Assembly: GCF_039719005.1 (NCBI RefSeq)
Contig: NZ_CP133584.1
Coordinates: 1,666,622 to 1,690,621, forward strand
Reading direction: 5' to 3'
DNA: 24,000 bases
DNA from: Bengtsoniella intestinalis
GTDB taxonomy: Bacteria > Bacillota > Clostridia > Oscillospirales > Oscillospiraceae
The position numbers were made by a program, and so were the translations under genes. The notes beneath the pieces were generated by a model. It ran no database searches and was not told the origin of the DNA. It saw only the letters and a list, made by a program, of their open reading frames with translations. This document shows positions 23,590 through 24,000 of this stretch, piece by piece. How positions within the stretch are numbered: position 1 is the stretch's first letter; each line of letters opens with the position of its first letter.

Positions 23590-24000
23590 AGCAAACAGCG
23601 CAAGCCAAAAATCAAAACCTGAAATTTATCGCCCATAGTTCACCATTTGATTTTTTACCCTGCAAAACAAAGAAAAATGAAAAAATCGAGCCATATCCGT
23701 TACATATTCGCCTCGTTTGCTTTAAACTTTCTGAAAATTCTTACGAAACGGTTGCCACAAATTTGGATAAAAGTGAATTTGATTCTGCTGCCCTCAAGGA
23801 TTTGTACGCCAAGCGATGGGGTATCGAAACGTCCTTCCGCTCTTTGAAATTCACCGTCGGATTGCTGTATTTTCACAGCAAAAAGACGAAGCTTCTTCTT
23901 CAAGAAATCTTCGCCAAGTTGATTATATACAATTTTACACAGTTGATAACCTCGTGCATTGCTGTAAAAAAAGTTACCAGAAAGCGGGTTTATCAAATAA
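23590..24000 (+). pseudogene. IS4-family transposase, C-terminal part (continues past the right edge)
   Basis: Frame-0 reading gives QTAQAKNQNLKFIAHSSPFDFLP...IRLVCFKLSENSYETVATNLDKSEFDSAALKDLYAKRWGIETSFRSLKFTVGLLYFHSKK...IYNF. This includes the Y..RW.IE..F...K signature that carries the DDE glutamate. Confidence 0.8.

Noticed and set aside
1-24000. CRISPR arrays, tRNA or rRNA genes
   Set aside because: I saw no regularly spaced direct repeats and no cloverleaf-like or rRNA-like sequences. The GLUG repeats are protein-level repeats within a CDS.

Overview
The window looks like a Firmicutes/Clostridia-type chromosome: Spo0A_C-like, IreB and YesM/YesN-type genes, and low-GC Gram-positive RBS and promoter signals. 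It divides into a housekeeping-like left third and a heavily rearranged accessory region from about 8.4 kb to the right edge.

Left third: (a) the 5' 861 codons of a secreted GLUG-repeat surface protein on the minus strand, absent from the ORF track because it runs off the edge; (b) a translationally coupled operon of AraC-type response regulator, two solute-binding proteins and a YesM-like histidine kinase, with no ABC permease or ATPase; (c) ireB.

Accessory region, in order: an XRE plus standalone Spo0A_C-like pair; a 928-aa protein fusing an intact ExoIII/APE-type endonuclease to a complete group II intron-like reverse transcriptase (RT0-7, thumb/X, degenerate HNH/Zn module, extra C-terminal domain) with no room for intron ribozyme; a ComEC-like MBL lipoprotein; two XRE regulators; a chimeric junction between a truncated tyrosine recombinase and an NlpC/P60 fragment; an IS110-family element with a candidate bridge-RNA region; a small acidic ORF preceded by a roughly 250-bp segment flanked by 26-bp perfect inverted recombinase core sites next to an intact tyrosine recombinase (candidate invertible promoter); a frameshifted sensor with a degenerate GGDEF and an EAL domain, whose near-consensus promoter sits in a 112-bp segment bounded by 12-bp inverted repeats beside a serine recombinase stub; and nested IS insertions (IS3-family inside an IS4-family transposase gene, which in turn truncates the serine recombinase).

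No rRNA, tRNA or CRISPR array was seen. The strongest candidate for something undescribed is the APE-RT fusion, whose domain order matches LINE ORF2 but is built on a bacterial group II-type RT.
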